From Nemertoderma westbladi (lineage: Eukaryota; Animalia; Xenacoelomorpha), in assembly GCA_032718475.1 (NCBI GenBank), contig JAUCBJ010007358.1:1-64000 (forward strand): a stretch of DNA of 64,000 nucleotides. The letters run 5' to 3'. The notes below the pieces were generated by a model. The model saw only the letters and a list, made by a program, of their open reading frames with translations, searched no databases and had not been told where the DNA came from. How positions within the stretch are numbered: the first letter of the stretch is position 1; every line of letters starts with the position of its first letter. This document shows positions 49,401 through 62,058 of this stretch, piece after piece. The position numbers were made by a program, and so were the translations under genes.

Positions 49401-52385
49401 GGATACAGTCCTAAATAGGGGAGTGTAAATGGAAGGATACAGTCCTAAAGGGGGGGGGAGTGTAAATGGAAGGATACAGTCCTAAATAGGGGAGTGTAAA
49501 TGGAAGGATACATTCCTAAAGGAGGGAGGGTAAATGGAAGGATACAGTCCTAAAGATGGAGTGTAAATGGAAGGATACAGTCCTAAATAGGGGAGTGTAA
49601 ATGGAAGGATACATTCCTAAAGGAGGGAGTGTAAATGGAAGGATACAGTCCTAAATAGGGGAGTGTAAATGGAAGGATACATTCCTAAAGGAGGGAGTGT
49701 AAATGGAAGGATACAGTCCTAATAGGGGAGTGTAAATGGAAGGATATAGTCCTAAAGGGGGGGGGGAGTGTAAATGGAAGGATACAGTCCTAAATAGGGG
49801 AGTGTAAATGGAAGGATACATTCCTAAAGGAGGGAGGGTAAATGGAAGGATACAGTCCTAAAGATGGGAGTGTAAATGGAAGGATACAGTCCTAAATAGG
49901 GGAGTGTAAATGGAAGGATACATTCCTAAAGGGAGGGAGGGTAGAATGGAAGGATACAGTCCTAAAGATGGGAGTGTAAATGGAAGGATACAGTCCTAAA
50001 GGGGGGGGGGAGTGTAAATGGAAGGATACAGTCCTAAATAGGGGAGTGTAAATGGAAGGATACATTCCTAAAGGAGGGAGGGTAAATGGAAGGATACAGT
50101 CCTAAAGATGGGAGTGTAAATGGAAGGATACAGTCCTAATGGGGGGAGTGTAAATGGAAGGATACAGTCCTGAAGGGGGGAGTAAATGGAAGGATACAGT
50201 CCTAAAGGATGGAGTGTAAATGGAAGGATACAGTCCTAAAGGGGGGGAGTGTAAATGGAAGGATACAGTCCTAAAGGGGGGGGGGAGTGTAAATGGAAGG
50301 ATACAGTCCTAAATAGGGGAGTGTAAATGGAAGGATACAGTCCTAAATAGGGGAGTGTAAATGGAAGGATACATTCCTAAAGGAGGGAGGGTAAATGGAA
50401 GGATACAGTCCTAAAGATGGGAGTGTAAATGGAAGGATACAGTGCTAAAGGGGGGAGTGTAAATGGAAGGATACAGTCCTAAATAGGGGAGTGTAAATGG
50501 AAGGATACAGTCCTAAATAGGGGAGTGTAAATGGAAGGATACAGTCCCAAATAGGGGAGTGTAAATGGAAGGATACAGTCCTAAATAGGGGAGTGTAAAT
50601 GGAAGGATACAGTCCTAAATAGGGGAGTGTAAATGGAAGGATACAGTCCTAAATAGGGGAGTGTAAATGGAAGGATACAGTCCTAAAGGTGGGAGTGTAA
50701 ATGGAAGGATACAGTCCTAAATAGGGGAGTGTAAATGGAAGGATACAGTCCTAAATAGGGGAGTGTAAATGGAAGGATACAGTCCTAAATAGGGGAGTGT
50801 AAATGGAAGGATACAGTCCTAAATAGGGGAGTGTAAATGGAAGGATACAGTCCTAAATAGGGGAGTGTAAATGGAAGGATACAGTCCTAAATAGGGGAGT
50901 GTAAATGGAAGGATACAGTCCTAAATAGGGGAGTGTAAATGGAAGGATACAGTCCGAAATGGGGGATTGTAAATGGAAGGATACAGTCCTAAAGATGGGA
51001 GTGTAAATGGAAGGATACAGTCCTAAAGATGGGAGTGTAAATGGAAGGATACAGTCCTAAATAGGGGAGTGTAAATGGAAGGATACAGTCCTATATAGGG
51101 GAGTGTAAATGGAAGGATACAGTCCTAAATAGGGGAGTGTAAATGGAAGGGTACAGTCCTAAATAGGGGAGTGTAATTGGAAGGATACAGTCCTAAATAG
51201 GGGAGTGTAAATGGAAGGATACAGTCCTAAAGATGGGAGTGTAAATGGAAGGATACAGTCCTAAATAGGGGAGTGTAAATGGAAGGATACAGTCCTAAAT
51301 GGGGGAGTGTAAATGGAAGGATACAGTCCTAAATAGGGGAGTGTAAATGGAAGGATACAGTCCTAAATAGGGGAGTGTAAATGGAAGGATACAGTCCTAA
51401 AGGGGGGGAGTGTAAATGGAAGGATTCAGTCCTAAATAGGGGAGTGTAAATGGAAGGATACAGTCCTAAATAGGGGAGTGTAAATGGAAGGATACAGTCC
51501 TAAAGGGGGGGAGTAAATTGAAGGATACAGTCCTAAAGATGGGAGTGTAAATGGAAGGATACAGTCCTAAATAGGGGAGTGTAAATGGAAGGATACAGTC
51601 CTAAATAGGGGAGTGTAAATGGAAGGATACAGTCCTAAAGGTGGGAGTGTAAATGGAAGGATACAGTCCTAAAGGGTGGGGGGGGGGGGAGTGTAAATGG
51701 AAGGATACAGTCCTAAATAGGGGAGTGTAAATGGAAGGATACAGTCCTAAATAGGGGAGTGTAAATGGAAGGATACAGTCCTAAATAGGGGAGTGTAAAT
51801 GGAAGGATACAGTCCTAAATAGGGGAGTGTAAATGGAAGGATACAGTCCTAAATAGGGGAGTGTAAATGGAAGGATACAGTCCTAAAGGTGGGAGTGTAA
51901 ATGGAAGGATACAGTCCTAAAGGGGGGGGGGGGGGGGAATGTAAATGGAAGGATACAGTCCTAAATAGGGGAGTGTAAATGGAAGGATACATTCCTAAAG
52001 AGGGGAGTGTAAATGGAAGGATACATTCCTAAAGAGGGGAGTGTAAATGGAAGGATACAGTCCTAAAGAGGGGTGTAAATGGAAGGATACACTCCTAAAG
52101 GGGAGGGGGGAGGGAGAGTAAATAGAAGGATACACCCCTAAGCGGGGGGGGAGTAAATGGAAGGATACAGTCCTAAATAGGGAAGTGTAAATGGAAGGAT
52201 ACAGTCCTAAATAGGGGAGTGTAAATGGAATGATACACTCCTAAAAGGGGGGGGGGGTGTAAATGGAAGGATACAGTCCTAAAGGGGGGAGTGTAAATGG
52301 AAGGATACAGTCCTAAAGGGGGGGGGGAGTGTAAATGGAAGGATACAGTCTTAAAGAGGTGGGGGGGTGTAAATGGAAGGGACAG
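46406..52385. repeat. 34-bp minisatellite (~170 copies) made of the exon 4 acceptor site; fills intron 3
   Basis: Unit tgtaaatggaaggatacagtcctaaataggggag; minus strand reads CTCCCCTATTTAG|GACTGTATCCTTCCATTTACA. Confidence 0.97.
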
Positions 52386-52407
52386 TTAGTGCGGACTATA
52401 AACTAAC

Positions 52408-52586
52408 CATGCACGACCTGTGTTCGCAGGTAACAACATTAGCGAAGTTGCTCTTGGGTTGATTGGTTAGACATAAAGGGCATTCATCGGTAGCTGATGG
52501 AGAGAATGTCTCGGTACGGGAAGGTTTCCGGCTCTTAGAGCTACTGATTGATGGCGGGTGGGTGGAATATGTAGAAGACAGTTCGC
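52408..52586 (-). CDS. RNF19A: RNF19-like exon 3 (start of RING1)
   Basis: taacag|GC...TGCATG|gttagt. Encodes ..DECPLCLTNQPKSNFANVVTCEHRSCM. Confidence 0.95.
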
Positions 52587-52719
52587 CTGTTAAATATAAA
52601 CAAACTGGATTTAATAGTCAGGTCAGGTCCCCAGATCCTGCTACCACTATGGCAGTAATGTGGTATTACCTGTAGCTGTCAGCCCAGTAGGGCAGGCCCG
52701 ATAAGCATAGCCTATTCAT

Positions 52720-55700
52720 TATTTAGTTGATCAAGAGTGGGTTGGTTTTAGCCCCGTCAACTAAATAAGTCATTGAGGGCTATAGCGCCTCGGGCACCAT
52801 TGAAGGCAAAGGCCTGATACGCATCTGCAATAGAGATGATAAACGCCCCGCCCTGTCTATACTGGATGCTCCTCTACCAGTGTTAGGTAACCTAACCCTG
52901 GAGGCACACTTGGTTCAGGGTGTAACAAATGGACCCCTACAGTCGGCAGCAGGGCTGTAGGCCATGATAGGCGGAAGGTAATCAACCAACGGCTAGACAT
53001 GCTGACAAGGTCGGCGGAAGGTAATCAACCAACGGCGACCTACTGCGAAGACGCTTGTAGGAGTTGCGACCATAAGCGGTTTACTCTCGCAACTGAAAGA
53101 TATGAGTATGAGAACCCTCCAGGAGAAATACCGGCTCGGTCGTCGCCCGGGTCAACAAGGACCGCGTCCCTCAGTGGTACACCAGGCTGGGGTCGATAAG
53201 TTGGCTACTAGAACAAATGACAGAGAAGAAAGAAGAACCAACCTGTTGAAATGTAAAAAGACACTAAAGATTGCTACAATGAGCGCACGCATGCTGAAAG
53301 CACATAGCAAACAGGGTGACATGGTCGCTCTGGCAATGGAGTATAACATCGACATCATCTGCATCCAAGAACATCGGATTTGTCATGAAGACACTGCCAT
53401 GAAGTACAATGACATTGGAAATGGATGGACGTTAGTAACAAGCTCAGCAGTAACAAACTCGGCCAATGCATCAATTGGTGGAGTAGGAATTCTGCTAAGC
53501 CCATTTGCACTTAAGACCCTAAACAACATCGAATCTATAAATTCCAGGGTTATGATCGCAACATTTGATGGGAATCCCAAGGCAACAGTTATATGTTGCT
53601 ACAGTCCAACCAATTCCTCAGAGCCAGAACAAGCAGTCAAGTTTTATGAAGAACTGACTGGACTTATTAAGGACATCCCGAAACACAATGTTAAAGTCAT
53701 TGCTGGTGACCTGAATGCGCAAATTGGCCCAGAAGAAATCAAGGGTTACACACTATAACACCAGTTCTAACAGAAATGGGTACTTACTTTTAGACCTAAT
53801 GGAAGAATGTGAATTGATACCAACAAACAACACATTCGAAAAGAGTAAGGGGAAGCTATGGACCTTTCAATACCCTAATGGAACCAAAGCACATCTGGAT
53901 TACATGCTTATAAACAAAAAGTGGAGAAACAGCATGATCAACTGCGAGGCATACAGCTCGTTCAACCTAATTGGTTCGGACCACAGAATTGTGACTGCAG
54001 AGATCAGACTCAGTTTGAGAGCCAGCAAACCCAGGACAAGCAAGCAAATCAAATATGACTGGGAGAAACTCAGAACTGACAATGCTGTAAAGGATGCTTA
54101 TACAGTAGAAGTTCAAAACCGCTTTGAAGCACTTCAGTCAATGGATGAAGACCAATCCACCAATTCAATATACCAGAATATAATAACAGCCCACAAGGAA
54201 TCAGCTAAGAGGCATATCCCCCAGAAACCCAAACGAAAACAGTATGTGCCATGGCAAAACTTGTTACTTGTAAGAGAGACGATCTTAAGGAGGGGGGGGG
54301 GTAGCGCATTTTCTCACCAAAAAGACGAATTTTTGAAACATATCCTATCTGATGCAGAATTTCATGCTGAATCCAAATATGGAAACCGTTTTCCGATATC
54401 TTGCTTAGTTTTCGAGATATCTGGGATAGAAGATACTGGCTCCGATATATCGCGATATCGGTAAAGGCGATGAAGTTTGGGGTTTGCATTCAATTTATGC
54501 AAATTTCTCTGCTCAGTGTGCCAATTGGATGTCATTGGAAATGGATGGACGTTAGTAACAAGCTCAGCAGTAAGAAATTCGGCCAATGCATCAATTGGTG
54601 GAGTAGGAATTCTGCTAAGCCCATTTGCACTTAAGACCCTAAACAACACCGAATTTATAAATTCCAGGGTTATGATCGCAACATTTTATGGGAATCCCAA
54701 GGCAACAGTTATATGTTGCTACAGTCCAACCAATGCCTCAGAACCAGAACAAGCAGTCAAGTTTTATGAAGATCTGACTGGACTTATAAAGGACATCCCG
54801 AAACACAATGTAATATGTTATAATATAATATAATATTATATAATATAATAAAGCGAGTGAATTAGATGAAATCTCAGCGGAGGTATGGAAAACCGGAGTG
54901 CTAAACAGACCATTATTGAATGTTTGCAACCGGATGTTAAAAGGGGAAAAGCCACCACCAATTTGGACTAAAGGTCAACTAAAGCCTCTCCCCAAGAAAG
55001 GAGACCTCGGCATACCAACAAACTATCGTGGGATCTGTCTGCTTGTGGAAGCTGCCAAAATATACAATAAAATGATTCTATATAGGATTAGGCCTAACAT
55101 AGAGAAACTACTCCGTAAGAGCCAAAACGGATTTCGACCAAGCAGATCAACAATAGCTCAGATACTTGCATTACGGAGACTGATTGAAGGAATTAAGTCA
55201 AAAAATCTCCCCGCAGTCATGACTCCATCCATAGAGGTAAAATGCTTGAAATCCTAAGAGCTTATGGAATACCAGAAGTAATTGTTGCTGGCATTGGATT
55301 GTTATATTGTGACACAGAAGCGCAGGTACTCTCACCAGATGGTGAAACTGAGTTTTTCTCAATCCTGGCTGGCGTACTGCAAGGTGACACATTAGCACCA
55401 TTACTATTTGTAATTGTGCTGGATTACGCAATGCGGACGGCCACAAAGGGTGAAGATCTGGGATTCACACTTCAAGAACGCAGAAGTAGTAGATATCCGG
55501 CAACTACAGTCACAGACACCGACTTTGCGGATGACATCGCCCTGCTCTCTAATACGCTAGCAGATGCACAGCTTCTACTAAATAAAGTGGAGAGGGCTGC
55601 TAAGGAGGTTGGATTGCATATAAATGCTACAAAGACCGAATTCATGACCTTTAATGTTGATGGGAACTTGACAACCATTGATAATAATCAACTAAGGAAG

Positions 55701-56283
55701 GTCGATGACTTCCAGTACCTTGGATCAAGGATAGAGAGTAGTAAAAAGGACATAGAAGTTAGGAAAACAAAGGCTTGGGTAGCTCTATCAAAAATGGATA
55801 CCATCTGGAAATCAGATCTCTCCAGGCACCTGAAGACCAAGTTCTTTCGAGCCACAGTGGAAAGTGTATTTTTATACGGGGGTGAGACCTGGACACTGAC
55901 TAAATCACTTGAACAACGAATTGATGGTTGCTACACAAGACTACTAAGGGCAGCCCTAAACATCAGCTGGAGACAACACATGACAAACGCCGAGCTTTAT
56001 GGTACAATACCACCTGTATCCACCACCCTCTGTGAACGCAGATTGAGATTCAATGGGCACTGCTGGAGAAGTTAAGACGAGGTCATACCGATCTACTTTT
56101 CTGGCAACCAACTCATGGAAAGCGTAGTCGTGGACGACCGGCCATAACATATATAGATCAACTTGAAAGGGATACTGAACTTGGGAGAAACGAAATTGGA
56201 AATTGCGACAACTATGGAGAATCGGGAAGCCTGGAAGGATCTCATTTCCACTGACCGAGTTCGCTCGACCTAGTAGTAGTAGG
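52720..56283 (+). mobile_element. RTE family 2 LINE, long but rearranged copy (5' region, APE endonuclease, foreign insert, duplicated EN piece, RT, tail); 5' boundary approximate
   Basis: EN motifs CIQEHR, CYSPT, AGDLNAQIG, HLDYML, SDHRIV. 54530-54810 duplicates 53410-53690. RT motifs PKKGDL..NYRGI, GVLQGD, FADD. (TAG)n tail at 56271-56282. Confidence 0.92.
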
Positions 56284-56410
56284 ATTTAATTAATTTAATT
56301 TAATTAAACCAATAGCGATAAGTCAACAAATCAAAGGACATATTATTATGGAGTTACGCCTCCCTGCGAATATAATATAATAGTTTGCAGGCACTCTCAC
56401 TCCCACCTAC

Positions 56411-56555
56411 CGGCATTGGATTGTGCGCTGATACTCTGGGCCGAATCATCAGACGGGACCCTCGGACGTCTAGACGGTCGCCTAGAGAACAACCGACGGA
56501 GTGAGAACTGGATGTCGTTACTGATAAACGAGTTGTTTCTACGGGTTCTACGTTC
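56411..56555 (-). CDS. RNF19A: RNF19-like exon 2
   Basis: ttatag|GAA...GCCG|gtaggt. Encodes ERRTRRNNSFISNDIQFSLRRLFSRRPSRR..; phases fit exons 1 and 3. Confidence 0.8.
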
Positions 56556-56572
56556 CTATAAAATAAATGCAG

Positions 56573-57313
56573 GTGGAGTGTATGAGTGGGAATGTATGAG
56601 TGGGAGGTTTACTGTGGGAGTGTATGAGTGGGAGTGTATGAGTGGGAGTGTATGAGTGGGAATGTATGAGTGGGAATGTATGAGTGGGAATGTATGAGTA
56701 GGAGGTTTACTGTGGGAGTGTATGAGTGGGAGTGTATGAGTGGGAGTGTATGAGTGGGAATGTATGAGTGGGAATGTATGAGTGGGAGGTTTACTGTGGG
56801 AGTGTATGAGTGGGAATGTATGAGTGGGAGGTTTACTGTGGGAGTGTATGAGTGGGAGTGTATGAGTGGGAGTGTATGAGTGGGAATGTATGAGTGGGAA
56901 TGTATGAGTGGGAGGTTTACTGTGGGAGTGTATGAGTGGGAATGTATGAGTGGGAGGTTTACTGTGGGAGTGTATGAGTGGGAGTGTATGAGTGGGAGTG
57001 TATGAGTGGGAGTGTATGAGTGGGAATGTATGAGTGGGAGGTTTACTGTGGGGTGTATGAGTGGGAGTGTATGAGTGGGAGTGTATGAGTGGGAGTGTAT
57101 GAGTGGGAGGTTTACTGTGGGGTGTATGAGTGGGAGTGTATGAGTGGGAGTGTATGAGTGGGAATGTATGAGTGGGAATGTATGAGTGGGAGGTTTACTG
57201 TGGGGTGTATGAGTGGGAATGTATGAGTGGGAGGTTTACTGTGGGGTGTATGAGTGGGAGTGTATGAGTGGGAGTGTATGAGTGGGAGTGTATGAGTGGG
57301 AGGTTTACTGTGG
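56573..57313. repeat. 14-bp minisatellite just upstream (in transcript) of the exon 2 acceptor
   Basis: Unit gtgggagtgtatga with an interspersed gtgggaggtttact variant. Confidence 0.95.
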
Positions 57314-57689
57314 AAGAGTATTGTAGTTTGTGATAAAGGATGGGGGGGAATCCATATAGAATAGTGTTACAACGGGATGAGGATAGATACATATCTTCTT
57401 AATGGGATACAGAAAAATAAAAATTATCGGTATTCGAATACATTCATAATTCTCTAATATTTCTACTTCTGTTTACAATTCTATAGTTGCACAATATAAG
57501 ACATTTCACTAATCATATCGATAACAATAAAAATGCTACTATTAAGGGCAGGGGACATACACCTAAATCCAGGGCCAAGTCATCAGGGGGGGGGGGGGGG
57601 GGGGGAAGAATGATCCAATACATACAATAAAGGAATAATAACAATCAAATAGGGATGGGCTAATTATGGTTCAAATTAATAGCCGAAGT

Positions 57690-58458
57690 TTAGGGAAAAA
57701 TATTGATGAACTTAGACAGGTCTTGCTGGGATCCAATAATGTAATAGTATTAGCCGTATTAAAAGTAATGGCTGAAGCGCCATGTTAATGACAGGCTTAT
57801 TTCAATACAAGGGTACAAAGTATATAGAAGGGATCGTAAATCAAAAAGGGGTGGGGGGGGGGGGGGGTTAATTTACATACCGGAAAATTTTAATTTTAAA
57901 ATAAGATAAGATATTAAATCATGCAATAGCCTTGAATATATATGGATAGAACTAGATAACCTATTAATATGTACTTTATATAAACCGCCAAGGAAAAAGA
58001 CAAATACATTTATTAGCCAATTAGAAGATGAACTCGAACATGCATTAACTCTAGAACCAAAGATGAAAATACTTATACAAGGAGACTTTAATATAAATTT
58101 ATTATGTAAAAATCCAAATCCGAGTACTCAGCTATTATAAGAATTAGCAATATTGTATATGTATACACTTTAGAAACACAAATAAACCCGTATTACAAAA
58201 ACAACCGCAACGCTCATTGACCTGGTAATGACAAATATTGATAAGAAAATTATACAACAAACTATCATTTTTCCGTGTGAGTTTTCCGATCATGATCATA
58301 CACTAACAAAATTAAACTACGTAGTTAGAGACAGGATAGAACACAAAAGGCAATGGATAGAATACCGTGATTTTACTAATTTTAGAGAAAGCGAGTTCTT
58401 AGCAGAGATTCACAGAATAACATGGGAAAAAATATACTGGGAAACAAATGTACAGTAG
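57690..58458 (+). mobile_element. Old CR1/L2-type LINE endonuclease remnant
   Basis: Broken frames give GYKVYRRDR..GGG, LEYIWIEL, LYKPP, QGDFNINLL, TATLIDLVMTN and FSDHD. Confidence 0.75.
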
Positions 58459-58604
58459 AGTTGAAACAGAGACCTGTCACTGATCTCTGGATTCTCCGGG
58501 CAATTCTTCTCCGGATAGGTCTCTGGTTCCGGGGTATTATCATTTACCTTGTATCACTTTGAGTTTTAATGAATAAAAGAGATAAAACTTAACTTTAAAC
58601 TTAA

Positions 58605-61062
58605 CATATAGAATAGTGTTGCAATGGGATGGGGATCCATATAGAATAGTGTTGCAATGGGTCGGTCCATATAGAATAGTGTTACAATGGGTCGGTCCAT
58701 ATAGAATAGTGTTGCAATGGGTCGGTCCATATAGAATAGTGTTGCAATGGGTCGGTCCATATAGAATAGTGCTGCAAGGGGTCGGTCCATATAGAATAGT
58801 GTTGCAATGGGTCGGTCCATATAGAATAGTGTTGCAATGGGATGGGGATCCATATAGAATAGTGTTGCAATGGGTCGGTCCATATAGAATAGTGTTGCAA
58901 TGGGTCGGTCCATATAGAATAGTGTTGCAATGGGTCGGTCCATATAGAATAGTGTTGCAATGGGTCGGTCCATATAGAATAGTGTTGCAATGGGTCGGTC
59001 CATATAGAATAGTGTTGCAATGGGTCGGTCCATATAGAATAGTGTTGCAATGGGTCGGTCCATCCATATAGAATAGTGTTGCAATGGGTCGGTCCATATA
59101 GAATAGTGTTGCAAAGGGCTGGGGTCCATATAGAATAGTGTTGCAATTGCAATGGGTCGGTCCATATAGAATAGTGTTGCCATGGGTCGATCCATATATA
59201 ATAGTGTTGCAATGGGTCGGTCCATATAGAATAGTGTTGCAATGGGTCGGTCCATATAGAATAGTGTTGCAATGAGTCGGTGTCGGTTCATATAGAATAG
59301 TGTTGCAATGGGTCGGTCCATATAGAATAGTGTTGCAATGGGTCGGTCCATATAGAATAGTGTTGCAATGGGTCGGTCCATCCATATAGAATAGTGTTGC
59401 AATTGCAATGGGTCGGTCCATATAGAATAGTGTTGCCATGGGTCGGTCCATATAGAATAGTGTTGCAATGGGTCGGTCCATATAGAATAGTGTTGCAATG
59501 GGTCGGTCCATATAGAATAGTGTTGCAATGGGTCGGTCCATATAGAATAGTGTTGCAATGGGTCGGTCCATCCATATAGAATAGTGTTGCAATTGCAATG
59601 GGTCGGTCCATATAGAATAGTGTTGCAATGGGTCGGTCTATATAGAATAGTGTTGCAATGGGTCGGTCCATATAGAATAGTGTTGCAATGGGTCGGTCCA
59701 TATAGAATAGTGTTGCAATGGGTCGGTCCATCCATATAGAATAGTGTTGCAATGGGTCGGTCCATCCATATAGAATAGTGTTGCAATTGCAATGGGTCGG
59801 TCCATCCATATAGAATAGTGTTGCAATTGCAATGGGTCGGTCCATATAGAATAGTGTTGCCATGGGTCGGTCCATATAGAATAGTGTTGCAATGGGATGG
59901 GGATCCATATAGAATAGTGTTGCAATGGGTCGATCCATATAGAATAGTGTTGCAATGGGTCGGTCCATATAGAATAGTGTTGCAATGGGTCGGTCTATAT
60001 AGAATAGTGTTGCAATGGGTTGGTCCATATAGAATAGTGTTGGCATGGGTCGGTCCATCCATATAGAATAGTGTTGCAATTGCAATGGGTCGGTCCATCT
60101 AGAATAGTGTTGCAATGGGTCGGTCCATATAGAATAGTGTTGCAATGGGTCGGTCCATATAGAATAGTGTTGCAAGGGGTCGGTCCATATAGAATAGTGT
60201 TGCAATGGGTCGGTCCATATAGAATAGTGTTGCAATGGGTCGGTCTATATAGAATAGTGTTGCAATGGGTTGGTCCATATAGAATAGTGTTGGCATGGGT
60301 CGGTCCATCCATATAGAATAGTGTTGAAATTGCAATGGGTCGGTCCATATAGAATAGTGTTGCAATGGGTCGGTCCATATAGAATAGTGTTGCAATGGGT
60401 CGGTCCATATAGAATAGTGTTGCAATGGGTCGGTCCATATAGAATAGTGTTGCAATGGGTCGGTCCATATAGAATAGTGTTGCAATGGGTCGGTCCATAT
60501 AGAATAGTGTTGCAATTGCAATGGGTCGGTCCATATATAATAGTGTTACAATGGGTCGGTCCATATAGAATAGTGTTGCAATGGGTCGGTCCATATAGAA
60601 TAGTGTTGCAATTGCAATGGGTCGGTCCATATATAATAGTGTTGCAATGGGTCGGTCCATATAGAATAGTGTTGCAAAGGGCTCGAGTCCATATATAATG
60701 TGTTGCAATGGGATATTGGATCCATATAGACAGAGAGTGCTACTGTTACAACGGGATGGGGGTCCATATTAATAGTGTTGCAACGGGATGGGGATCCGTA
60801 TCAATAGTGTTGCAACGAGATGGGGATCCATATCAATAGTGTTGCAACGAGATGGGGATCCATATCAATAGTGTTGCAACGGGATTGGGATCCATATCAA
60901 TAGTGATGCAACGAGATGGGGATCCATATCAATAGTGTTGCAACGAGATGGGGATCCATATCAATAGTGCTGCAACGGGATGGGGATCCATATCAATAGT
61001 GTTGCAACGGGTTGTGGATCCGATCCATATAGACTAGTGTTGCAACGGGATTGGGTCCATTC
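58605..61062. repeat. 30-bp minisatellite (~80 copies), more diverged toward 61 kb
   Basis: Unit ccatatagaatagtgttgcaatgggtcggt. An orphan copy lies at ~57350-57385. Confidence 0.96.
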
Positions 61063-62058
61063 CATATGCACTGCATTACGGACAATATGAACATTGTATT
61101 CTTCATTACGTTCAATATAAACAATATATGGAATAATAAAACTTTGATAAGTTAGACCTGCAGACACATATTTGTACCGGTACCGGTACTGATGGATTTA
61201 CCACAGCAAAACTGTCTAGACAGTAAAATAAACCATGAAAGTGTTTAATTGTTGATCAAAGCAAAAGCCAAAAGCATGCACAAAAATTTCCTTCACACAA
61301 AATATAAAGTTAGAAGTCCATCCATATTGACGTCTACTAAATAGCAACGTTTCAACAGCAGAAGCGTCTGCAAAGCGCAAAACTCCAAAGAAAGATTCCC
61401 TGATTACCGGAGATATTGTCATTAAAGACAGACTGACAGACAAATGGTCACGAAGTTAGAACAATTGCGAACCAACAAATTACAATTTATCTAAAATCAT
61501 GGGTCACAATAATTGTCCGGGTTGCAATTGGAGACAGGCAGACAGGAGGGAAACTGGACGCAAATCCCATCTTGGCGATAAAATCCCGCCTCAATACAAA
61601 TTTTTCAATTTAGGGAAATGAGCAGGTTACAGTGACACGTTACTTTAAGCAAAACAATAAACTAAACACAATAGGACAGATTAAATATTTATACAGTTTA
61701 CAGATTTACATCGAATTTCCCCATGAGAGGGATGAATTTTTATTGCGTCCAGCCCCCCCCCCCCCCCTCCCCACCACCCCTCCTCCCCCCAGCCCCCCCC
61801 CCCCTCCCCTATCTGCGAAATTGCCCGGACACCACTGACACATATGAAATAGAGACAGTCAGGGAGGTGGGATCAGGATCTGAGGTGGATAAAAACGAAA
61901 CCGGATTTAGCATTTAGCACGTTAAAATGTGAAAGAATGTGATAGTGTCTGCCGAATGAGATATGACAGTATGACGTGATGTCAGAATAAGGTGGTTTAG
62001 TTAGGCTATTCATTTAATGGAACCGTCAGTTATTAATAAATTACATTTTTTTACTAAC

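Noticed and set aside
21189-52385. 28-47-bp repeat arrays as CRISPR arrays
   Set aside because: Units are head-to-tail with no unique spacers, there are no cas genes, and the context is a spliced eukaryotic gene.
58540-60767. Repetitive ORFs (GPTHCNTILY etc.)
   Set aside because: Translations of the 30-bp satellite.
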